Source of the DNA: Basidiobolus ranarum
Lineage: Eukaryota
Assembly (NCBI GenBank): GCA_040143965.1
Contig: JASJQH010006959.1
Span: forward strand, 1 to 32,286
Direction: 5' to 3'
DNA: 32,286 bases
Shown here: one piece after another, positions 1 through 9,552 of the stretch
Numbering within the stretch: position 1 is the first letter of the stretch
Layout of the letters: every line of letters begins with the position of its first letter
Made by a program: the position numbers and the translations under genes
The notes under the pieces: model-generated
Seen by the model: the letters and a program-made list of their open reading frames with translations, nothing else
Database searches by the model: none
What the model was told of the DNA's origin: nothing

Positions 1-1422
1 GATATTAAGAAGCTTGAGCACCAAGACGCAATAGATTACAGTAGGTAATAAGACACACCAGCTAAAGAGATACGGAGATATTCCTACTTAAAATATAGGA
101 TCTGCTGTTATAGGATTACCCACACAGATTGAGTCTGACTTGTAATCATTGAAATTATGAGTAAAAGATATTTAAACCTACTTCCATTTCTAACACACCT
201 AAGACAAGTGGAATTTTTAATGAGAACTTTGGCATGCATGGAAAAATGAAGGTATTTCTTATACAGTAGTGTATTTTGTACTTCCTATTAAATATATTGA
301 ACAAGTGGGAAAGCGAATACTTTTGAAAGCTGATATTGATCCAACTTTATTTGCCTCTGGACTCATGTTAGGCTTGACAGTCAGTTTTAACAATAGAAGG
401 TTCCTCGCAATGGATGGTTCCTCGCTCAGATTTAAATGGTTTTTATGACATCATTAATATAATATTTCTTGAAGTTATATCTCTCATATATCCACACAAC
501 TGAACTCTAATGTTATAATGATAGAGATGATGGTTCGGATGTCGGTAATATCGGTAATGTGTATATACTAGATGGTTATTAAAGAAAGCCTGGACATTGA
601 AAGGGATTTTTCGCACATGAGCTACCAGCACGGATGAATGTGTATTTATACTAAACAAAAACGGGCTAATTAGGCCATGTTAGAAGTAGTTATTCCTTGA
701 AATCAATAGGTTGTTGTCAGTGTGAACGTGATAAATATTGTTTAGTTTTCTATACCTTATTGTTTTCTAACATTATAGTAGTCAGTCGGAAAATGCTGTA
801 CTAGACCCACAATACTGGACCACAGTATAATGACCCGGGTTCCGGTCACTACTCGGATTTATAGATGGTTTGCACATGATGCTATAGCTAAATGAAGTAA
901 TTGGATTAAATCATACAATATAATAGTGCACATTAGTAAATATATAGCGATCAGTGCATATTTAGAATGCTTTATGGCGGCTGCTACTACATTGGTACCA
1001 GGCAGGGGTATATCCAGGCGATATGATAATACTATGAACCTAGAAAGTCAAGAAAAGTAACCATATAAAAAATATACCAAAGCTCATCCCTAAAATGGAC
1101 TACCAAAGGATGGGTGCTTTCTTTTAAGCGCATCCGACGTGCTTGTTATATCAATGTCTCTTACGATGAGCAAATCAGCATGCCATAAAAGTGAGCAATT
1201 TTCGGCTCTAATTTATATATGAAATAAATTGCAGATTGCTTTATAGAAACTCTTACAGTGAGAGTCGGTTCTAATTCTTCTCACTAATCACTACATTTGA
1301 CAGAAAAGTGATGTAATTTAAGTTAGTGATCAGAATGGGCCTTATAAATAATCATTGTGTGTATTCCGAGAAACTCCTACTGGGAACAGTAAATACCTAG
1401 ACACTCTCGTTTATCTCTTGGT

Positions 1423-1546
1423 CCAATCAAGAGACTGACTTGCGGCATTTGTTGGCGAACACCAAATATGATTTTATGATTTATACTAGAACGCGACGAG
1501 CACAATTCGGTCCAATAGGTCATTAATGAAGTAGCCCATATAAATA
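1423..1546 (+). promoter_or_regulatory. Putative core promoter of the MFS gene
   Basis: GGTCCAAT occurs twice (CCAAT at 1423 and 1512). TATAAATA lies at 1539-1546, ~50 nt upstream of the ATG. Confidence 0.4.
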
Positions 1547-1592
1547 CCTTGGCTACATGGTCAATCGACTCTAACATTACCATAGTATAACC

Positions 1593-3044
1593 ATGACCAA
1601 AGAGGTAAAGAACTCTGGTGATTCATCACAAGCAGGTTTCTCTGTCTATACAGTCCTGTGTGTTTCCATCGCTTGTCTCGTATCTTTCAACAACGGTTGG
1701 AATACCTCCGATACTAACATCATTCAAGCTTCTATTGTCAGCTGTGACAATCCCAGTGAGAAAGTGAATGGCTTTCCTCATTGTTTCCCCATGGGTGATT
1801 GGATGTGGGGTTTTGCTGTGAGCAGTTTCTCTATCGGTGGTGCCATGGGAGGTCTATCTGCGGGTTGGTTCCAAGCCAGATTTGGCCGTCGTAACTCACT
1901 TATTTTCAACAACATATTCTTTATTATTGGTGCACTCCTGCTCGGTCTCTCTAAAAATAAGGGTATGTGGATTGTGGGGCGCTTATTCACTGGTATCGGA
2001 TCAGGCTTCGGAACTGTTGTACTTCCTACGTATATAGGAGAAGTATCCACCACCAAAGTTCGTGGTGCCTATGGTGCTATGACCCAACTTACATGCGTCA
2101 TTGGGCAGTTAGTCACCCAAGCAGCAGGTCTTGGATTATCTAGTCCTTCTGGTTGGCGTATTTGCTTGGCTCTTACTGGAGTTATCGCTATTTTTCAATT
2201 AGTTACTCTGTCGTTCATTACCGAGACTCCTCGCTACTACATTTCTAAGGATCAAATCGAAGATGCTGAGAAATCTTTACGTAAACTTCGTAAAGGGATG
2301 GATATTTCAGGAGAACTTCAAACCATGATAAATGCTCGCGCTCAAGCTAAAGCCGGAGGAGAGCAAACCTCAATGATGGATGGCTTCAGGTTTATCATGC
2401 ACGATCCCCTGACTCGCAAGCACGCCTTCATTTGCATGTTTCTCTGTATTATTCAACAATTGTGTGGTATTAATGGTATCATGTATTACTCCACATCTAT
2501 TTTCACTTCTATCTATGGCAATCAGACCGCTCAGTATCTTACCGTTGGTGTAGGTGCTATTAGTTTGCTTTCCACCATTGTCACCATTCTTCTGATTGAT
2601 CGAGTTGGAAGAAAGCTCCTTGTTCTTTTGAGTCTTGCTGGTATGGCCTCATTCAATGTGCTCATGATTATTGGTGTTGAATGTAATGATTCTGGTCTGG
2701 TTATTCTTGGTCTATTTGCATTTGTTGTTTCGTTCGCCTTGGGTATGGGACCTATTCCCTTCTTGATTATCTCCGAACTCATTCCTACCAGAGCAGTTTC
2801 CACTGTTGCCTCAAGTGCACTTGGACTCAATTGGTTTGGTAACTTTGTGGTTGGATTCTTCTTCCCATCATTGAAAAACTCCATGCATGGTTATGTATTC
2901 TTGATCTTTGTGTGCTGTTGTATTGTTGGTTTCATTGGAGTTCTCTTCTTTTTACCTGAAACGAAGGGGCGTAGTATTGAAGAAATCACTGGTCATCAAG
3001 ATGAGGATATAACCACCAACCTATCTGCTATGAACGAGTGTTAA
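1593..3044 (+). CDS. MFS sugar-porter transporter, GLUT-like / yeast Vps73-YBR241C-like, 483 aa, intronless
   Basis: About 12 hydrophobic segments. Motifs FGRR, GR..TG.G.G, Y.GE.S....RG, ETPRY, QQLCGING.MYYS, DRVGRK, GMGPIPF and PETKG. Cys pair in the first loop (C...CFPM). Confidence 0.92.
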   Translation: MTKEVKNSGDSSQAGFSVYTVLCVSIACLVSFNNGWNTSDTNIIQASIVSCDNPSEKVNGFPHCFPMGDWMWGFAVSSFSIGGAMGGLSAGWFQARFGRRNSLIFNNIFFIIGALLLGLSKNKGMWIVGRLFTGIGSGFGTVVLPTYIGEVSTTKVRGAYGAMTQLTCVIGQLVTQAAGLGLSSPSGWRICLALTGVIAIFQLVTLSFITETPRYYISKDQIEDAEKSLRKLRKGMDISGELQTMINARAQAKAGGEQTSMMDGFRFIMHDPLTRKHAFICMFLCIIQQLCGINGIMYYSTSIFTSIYGNQTAQYLTVGVGAISLLSTIVTILLIDRVGRKLLVLLSLAGMASFNVLMIIGVECNDSGLVILGLFAFVVSFALGMGPIPFLIISELIPTRAVSTVASSALGLNWFGNFVVGFFFPSLKNSMHGYVFLIFVCCCIVGFIGVLFFLPETKGRSIEEITGHQDEDITTNLSAMNEC

Positions 3045-3172
3045 ATGTTGCATTCATTATATGTAAATAATCCAATGTTACTTAGAGAAATACACTTTCA
3101 AGGATTACTCACTCCAAGTTCCAACTTATATACTATTATCATAGTTTCACCAAGTGATTGTAATAGTACAAA

Positions 3173-3235
3173 CTAGGGTTAGGGATAAATTATCCAACTG
3201 TTTGAAGTTTAAGGGTTAGGGCTAGGGTTAGGGTT
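3173..3235 (+). repeat. Interstitial telomere-like (TTAGGG)n tract
   Basis: CTAGGGTTAGGG at 3173-3184 and AAGGGTTAGGGCTAGGGTTAGGGTT at 3211-3235. Confidence 0.8.
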
Positions 3236-3605
3236 GAACCCTTTCTATTTTTAGTCGATCCTCTCATTCAGTTTGTTAGAGTTGTCTGAGTTTGGAAATG
3301 AATCATTTATTTTCATGGTCTAAGATTAATACAAGTCCAACCTCCGATCCTCCTAATTGGACAAGGTCTTGGTCTCCAATATATGAGCTATTGAGATAAA
3401 CCAGTGCCACTTCAAATAAGCTGGTGTAACCACCAAGTCTCTGCTATATAGTATAGAAAGTTGCTTCAAAGCGTTGCTATTCACCATCGTACTTCACTAT
3501 ACGCAACCTTTAAGGAGGCTTCAGCTCTAACCATTCATCTCTTCGTGATTGAATTCTCTAGTTTGTCTGTCTTTATTAGTGATCTATTTGACGTAGAGAT
3601 CACCC

Positions 3606-4190
3606 ATGCTGGAGTTTAAAACCCATAAAATGGTGCTTCTAGGTGATGGGGGAGTGGGCAAGACAGCTTTAACATTACAATTATGCTCAGCACATTTTGT
3701 AGAGACCTACAATCCCACCATCGAGAATGTTTATCGTAAACAAGTGGTGATTGATAACAAAGCATGTATTTTGGAGGTACTCGACACAGCTGGACAACTG
3801 GAATACTCTACATTACGTGAACAATGGATACGTGAAGGGGAAGCGTTTTTATTGGTTTATTGTATTACCGAAAGATCATCTTTTGAACGTTTAGAAGCGG
3901 TTCGACAACATATAATTAGTATCGTAGGCTCGACGACGGCCCCAATGATTTTGGTTGGCAACAAGTGTGATAGATCTTCGGAAAGACAAGTAACTCAACA
4001 AGAAGGCATAGCCATGGCTAGACGATTTGGATGTCAATTTATGGAAAGCTCAGCAAAAACGGCGGTCAATGTTGAGAGAGCATTCTTCACACTTGTCAGA
4101 GGGTTACGTGGGATATACTCCGAAGATTGTTCCAAACAGAAGTCAAGTGTCCCCAAGAGGATCAAGAAATTGAAATGCACCATCATGTAA
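3606..4190 (+). CDS. Ras-family small GTPase (fungal Ras2-like, divergent), 194 aa, intronless
   Basis: GDGGVGKT P-loop, PTIE, DTAGQ, NKCD, ESSAK, polybasic tail and CAAX box CTIM. Confidence 0.95.
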   Translation: MLEFKTHKMVLLGDGGVGKTALTLQLCSAHFVETYNPTIENVYRKQVVIDNKACILEVLDTAGQLEYSTLREQWIREGEAFLLVYCITERSSFERLEAVRQHIISIVGSTTAPMILVGNKCDRSSERQVTQQEGIAMARRFGCQFMESSAKTAVNVERAFFTLVRGLRGIYSEDCSKQKSSVPKRIKKLKCTIM

Positions 4191-4641
4191 CGCTTCTTCA
4201 TGCACATCCCCCTTCCCTTCCTTGTGACGACATATGTCTATTACTATTATATATCTCTATCTATGAACCAGGATTGTACAAACGGAATATGTTTCATTGT
4301 ATTTATTTACCAATATTGATGGCGTCTTTCACAGATGCGTCTAATCATATGTTATCATAAGCCTATCTTGAAGACACCCTAGTACAGATCAGCGACCAAA
4401 GTGTTACGTCCGGACTGTCAATTTACGCATTCATATACAATTAAATAAACTTTTTACTAGTCAACAACCCCTTTACAGCCCCTTTAAGCTATGAAAATAT
4501 TTATTTGGATTAGGACCTAGACTCTAATATCATTTCCGATGCAATTACTTGGAATCTACGTAATCAACCAAAATTAGGACAAAGAAGACCCAACGGAGCC
4601 TTAGTTCAAATATGTGTACCGGTTTTTTTGATGATTTAGGT

Positions 4642-5217
4642 TTAGTTGAGTCTCAACCAATCCTCTCTCAACATGGTGTAAATGAGATGATCAACAAATT
4701 GTCCATTGATCCATTTGGCTTGTAGACACCGTTCATTTTTGAAATTTAATCTCTCGGGAATGGCTCTACTTTTAAGGTTATCTACAGCACAATGAATCTC
4801 TACACAGTTGATCTCCAACTCGACCAACAATTTATGGACCAAATATTTTGTAGAGGATATCATTAATCCATGACCAGTGAAAGTGTCTCCAAGCCAATAG
4901 CCTAGAGTTGCAGTGGAGCTATCCCAATCAATGGTATGTATTCCCAAAACCCCAGCCAGTTCTCGGTTAAAGTAAACCCCCAGTTCTATTCCTTTGTTAG
5001 TAAGTAGTCGTTTTTCTGCGTTCAACACGAATTCCTTGGTATCGTCGATAGTTTTAACGAAATCTAACCAAGGTAAGAAAGCAGCCAGGTGTACACGTGA
5101 GTTATCAGTCAAAGTAAAAAGAGTGGGGACATCTTTCAGTGATAATATCTTTATACTACAAGTATCGTTTACTTGAGTAAATGAATGAGAAAATAATTGA
5201 CTGAGTGTTTTTGACAT
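4642..5217 (-). CDS. GNAT N-acetyltransferase, RimJ/RimL/YdaF family, 191 aa, intronless
   Basis: R.HL..FLPW, LGYWLG....GHGLM, IHCAVDN.KSRAIPERL.F and FVDH..Y.ML match the bacterial RimL/YdaF pattern. Confidence 0.88.
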   Translation of the reverse strand: MSKTLSQLFSHSFTQVNDTCSIKILSLKDVPTLFTLTDNSRVHLAAFLPWLDFVKTIDDTKEFVLNAEKRLLTNKGIELGVYFNRELAGVLGIHTIDWDSSTATLGYWLGDTFTGHGLMISSTKYLVHKLLVELEINCVEIHCAVDNLKSRAIPERLNFKNERCLQAKWINGQFVDHLIYTMLREDWLRLN

Positions 5218-5454
5218 GGTGGGTTTTTATCTTGGGTTATCTCAACGAACACAACGATTAAAGTGTCTTTCGGAATATCCAGCAAGGATATCATGTGGAA
5301 TTAACAAAGTTTGGGGTTGGAGAATTTTGGATTTAGCCGTGTTTTTGTAGTACAGACTCAGTCTTTTCTCATATACTAAGAAAATATGGAGTCACTACGA
5401 GTTAGAAAACCCACATAATATTAGGCTGATTTATATGCATATTGATGGTAGTAC

Positions 5455-5612
5455 TTAGGGTTAGGTTAGTAAGTTCATCTTTATGTATTAGATTGCCTCA
5501 TCTAACTTAGCAACCGTATCTAGGCCTTGAATATCTTTAGTTCGTATTTGATGCACTACAATTTCACATCCAAAATAAATGTAAAGCTAGGAGTACTATC
5601 TAACCCTAACCC
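5455..5612. repeat. Two short telomere-like tracts in inverted orientation
   Basis: TTAGGGTTAGGTTAG at 5455-5469 and CTAACCCTAACCC at 5600-5612. Confidence 0.55.
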
Positions 5613-6424
5613 GTAATGAATTTCACCTCTAAGAATTACAGGTATTAATTACAGGTATAGGGAAGAGGTACTGAGAAACCCATACTAAGAATGGCGAATG
5701 AAAGCAAACCTGAAGTTAATGATTAACAAGGAACATAGATATTGCTTTTAAAGAGGATATGGATACTTTTAAATGGATTTATTTATGGGAATGTTTATAG
5801 TAGTTTATGGAAAAAATATTCGGAACCATACGAACCGATCATCCGACTTCCTTACTCTATTGTAGCTAAATTACTCATCGAACTGAAACACACCTAGAGG
5901 AAGTTCAATCTCTTGGAAAAGAAAAGGCACAGCTGTGAATGTTATTGTAAGCTATACTATTGCAGCTATCATAGAACCAATACTACTACCTACACCTGGT
6001 AAATATTGGAACTATCATAGAACTGACACTACACTCCCACCACCACCATTGATTATACTCTACGCACAGGGTATATGACAAACTCGTAATACTCCCACTG
6101 ATTAATTAAAAACGAACGACAAAGTCTCATATTACCTATCGACTGTCTCGGGCAAAAAGGATATGCAATGATGTTCCTCCTTTGCCATCTCCTTTTGGTG
6201 ATGATGATTTATGCACAAACCTGAAAATGCAAAGCACAAGAAACATTCCTTCGCAGCGAAAAACTGGACTGCTAAATAGTAAGATGAGATAATCTATTAA
6301 GATTGATTAATCAATATCATGAGTTTCATTGGATAACTATGTATTTTGTAAATGTGGGAACGGCTTAAGATAATCTCTTACAGTCTAGGTTTACTTATTT
6401 CCCTTAAACCTACTAGATATCACC

Positions 6425-7740
6425 ATGATTCTTGAAGACGAGAGAGTCATTAGTAACTACTCCTCCATTACTGCTCCTTTGTTAGAAAATGAGGGGGTAG
6501 TTGAATTAAGCGAGCAAAACGAGGCCTCGCGCGGTACTTCTAATATGGTTCTTGGTGCCAGTGTATTAAGTATATGCATTGCAACGTTTACACTTCAGAC
6601 AGTAAGCTCCAAAGACTCTCTTTGTTTGGAAGCATTTCTTATTCACTATACCTCGTTTATTGACAAGTAGGAAATCGCGCAACACGTTCAATCAGGAATG
6701 AATTATCAGAAGCCTTATTTTATCCTGTAAGTGAGAAGGTTTCCTAACTCATAAAAGAGAATTATCTCTGAGTGGTATTTTTACAATATTAACCCTTAAC
6801 TTTTAGCTGGGTAGCTCATTCGTTCTACCTATTTTTGATACCGCTTCAATTTTTGCTAAACCGATTCAAAGGGAAATCCTTTCGAGATTCGCTACAAGAA
6901 TTTCGATATAACGTTGAGGATATATACGGTTTATTTGTAAGAAAAGACGAAATCACACAAAGTTATCCCAGTAGAATTATCTATGGACACCTTTTTAGAG
7001 TGGGATTCTTTTTAACGTTTATATTCACGAGTGCGGCTTATCTGTGGTACGTTTCCATATCATTCACGACGATGGCGAAGTTAACTGCCATTTACAATAC
7101 TGCATGTTTCTTCGCTTATGTATTCTCTACATGGCTATTGAAAGAGGAATTGAACAAAATCAAGATATTAGCGGTATTTCTAAGTATCACGGGAGTACTA
7201 ATGATATCATTAGATTTAAGTGGTACTCCTGATGTGAATACTGGTGAGAATTCCACTTTATTAGGGGATATTATTGCATGTATATGTGCATCACTTATTG
7301 GTTTTTACGAAGTACTTTACAAGAAATATGCGGTACCAAAGGAGACTTCCATATCATTTGCCAATTTTTTCACTGGTATCATTGGTGGGATTACTTTCTT
7401 TTGCTTTTGGATTCCCATACCGATATTTCATTATTTGGAGATTGAATCTTTCGCATTGCCTGACTCAACTACCGTAATATTTTTACTTGCTAATGCATCC
7501 ATGGGTCTCATATACAACGCATGCTTTATGATTGTTATTGCCCTTACCTCACCCACCTTCGCTGCGGTTGGAGTGATGTTAACCATTCCGGTGGTAGCAG
7601 TCACTGATATGTTGGTCACTTCTACACCCATTAGCTTGGCATATGTACTAGGAGGAGTATGTATTTTCATAGGATTTGGTGTGTTATTATCTGCGGAATC
7701 CAGCAGTTCCAACAAGCATGTAAATGAGTTAAACCACTAA
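6425..7740 (+). CDS. EamA/DMT-superfamily (SLC35F/Thi74-like) transporter, ~388 aa. Exons 6425-6601, 6671-6726, 6807-7740
   Basis: GT-AG introns join the ORFs in frame (..LQT|EIAQHVQ..YQKPYFIL|WVAHS..). TAIYNT..FFAY.FS..LL.E, GD, YEVLYKK and LTSP..AAVG..LTIP motifs. About 10 TM segments. Confidence 0.85.
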
Positions 7741-7946
7741 TTCCTCCAAGATCAATACATACAGCTTTTACACCCATTGCATAATAAATCATCCAAGTAA
7801 ATATCGAGAATTTAGGAGACTCTAATGGTTTATTTCACGGAAATTCGATATATTAAATGAATGTATATGTTAATGTGTACCAATGGAAGTAGATACCGAG
7901 GTAATCTGAAGTCGAACCTGCGCTAAAGTTTACCTTGAAAATGAAT

Positions 7947-8570
7947 TCAAGATTTCGCTAAAATCAAGAAAGATGCACGTTTAAATAATCGTTCTGCCAA
8001 GTTAGGTTGTTTACGTAAAGTAGTTGATTTCAAGGCACTTTTCAATGGTACTTGTGAGGATTCAATTTTCACTGGATCTGATACAATAGAGGAGGGGGCA
8101 TCTGGATCGTAAGGGAATATAACATCCATATTATCGAATTTCAATTTTCTACTTTGATTCTTTTCGAAGGAGATCTTTCGTTTGATTTTGGTAAGTTGAT
8201 GTTCTAATATGGTAGATTTAGGGGATAAAATCTTATTTCTACGTCTTTCTTGAATTTCGTAACGTATACTGGAGACAGTTGAATGATCTAGAACCGATAA
8301 ATCCAATGGTACTCTAGGGTCCTTTTTGATTTCTTTCATTAGTCTTTTTTCGTTGGCCACTTGATGTTTATCTACGATGGTCATGTGAAAGATCATTTCT
8401 TTCGTGGTACCATGAAGGATGTAGCCGTACTTTGTAAGGGTTTGATTGTGATGCATTTTGTATTTGTATCGGAAAAGAAACTGGGAATTATCTGGTGTCA
8501 TCTCCATATATTCGTATCCGTTTCCCTTTATCAAAGGGAAGAAAACACGTGTGTAAGGTAAGAAATTCAT
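7947..8570 (-). CDS. Hypothetical protein, 207 aa, intronless, basic
   Basis: ATG-initiated 624-nt ORF in AT-rich DNA with TATATAAA ~45 nt upstream. No family recognised. Confidence 0.6.
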   Translation of the reverse strand: MNFLPYTRVFFPLIKGNGYEYMEMTPDNSQFLFRYKYKMHHNQTLTKYGYILHGTTKEMIFHMTIVDKHQVANEKRLMKEIKKDPRVPLDLSVLDHSTVSSIRYEIQERRRNKILSPKSTILEHQLTKIKRKISFEKNQSRKLKFDNMDVIFPYDPDAPSSIVSDPVKIESSQVPLKSALKSTTLRKQPNLAERLFKRASFLILAKS

Positions 8571-9552
8571 TTGAAGTAAGAGCTGCCTTGGGAAATCGTA
8601 AATCCCCCTGGGTTTATATAGGTGAAGGTGGCGCTTGTCTTATACACTAACTGTATATATATATATCCTACACCAATGTATATATCACAAGATATCGATG
8701 ACGTTTGACCTCGAAGCCAGCACCCAACCAAGTGCAGTTTCATGCATCCTCTAATAATAGGCACTCCTACAAGCCAGTCAAAAATCATAAATAAAATGCG
8801 CAAAATTGTATAGAAAGAAGACAATACGCGGGAAATACACGGGGAAATGATCAAACATGAAATGATGTCTCAAACCGAGGTTGCTGGAACTTCAAATCAC
8901 GATTGATAAGTAATTTTAGGTGGTTTATCATCTAGACTTACTTTTAATATGCGAGTTGTAGGAGAGGGGCTCCATATTTGAGTGCTTGTATTGTAAGCAC
9001 GTTCGGAGCATGCAGGGTAATCTGAAAATGCGGGGATCGTAGTTCTCCATTCAATATCAGTTGGTGCAACCACACTCAACTGCATCGTGACTCTCGGTTA
9101 CAGTCACAAGTAATATCAATGTGTTTGATCGCAAAGCCAGCAAATCATTTACTTACATCTACACTGCCTATGAGGGGATGAAACATAACTACACTAGTTT
9201 AGAAGCGATGAAACACAATGAAAGAGAACCTGTTCCATGTAATCGATAAAATGGACGGGTTTCAGTAGATTCTTCATCTTTAAATGTATCGTGACCTTGT
9301 GAAGGCATCAGATCGTACCACTTGATGAAACATAATGAGTACCGAACATCCGAGCATTGGGATACTACACTCTTCAATTGTTTAATTAGGAGGAATGCAA
9401 AAGAACATGGTAGAGGGTATTGTAGTATTGCAGAAGCATCTCTTCATTTACCAATGATGGATATAATAGTATAGGCGTGGGTATGGCTGTGGGTGTGGGT
9501 GAGGGTGTATTTTCATGTGTATGCAACATAACGTCCAAGTTTGCAAGAAAGA

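Noticed and set aside
530-1370. Repeated TCGGA/CGGA-type sites upstream of the MFS gene (Zn2Cys6/Rgt1-like)
   Set aside because: Short motif that occurs in most spacers of the window. Enrichment is not convincing without statistics.
5634-6023. Short direct repeats (AATTACAGGTAT x2, CTATCATAGAAC x2)
   Set aside because: Two-copy 12-mers consistent with slippage. No array, spacer or element structure.
8953-8975. GTTGTA-GGAGAG resemblance to the U6atac 5' end
   Set aside because: Lacks the following GTTAGC catalytic segment and the correct spacing.
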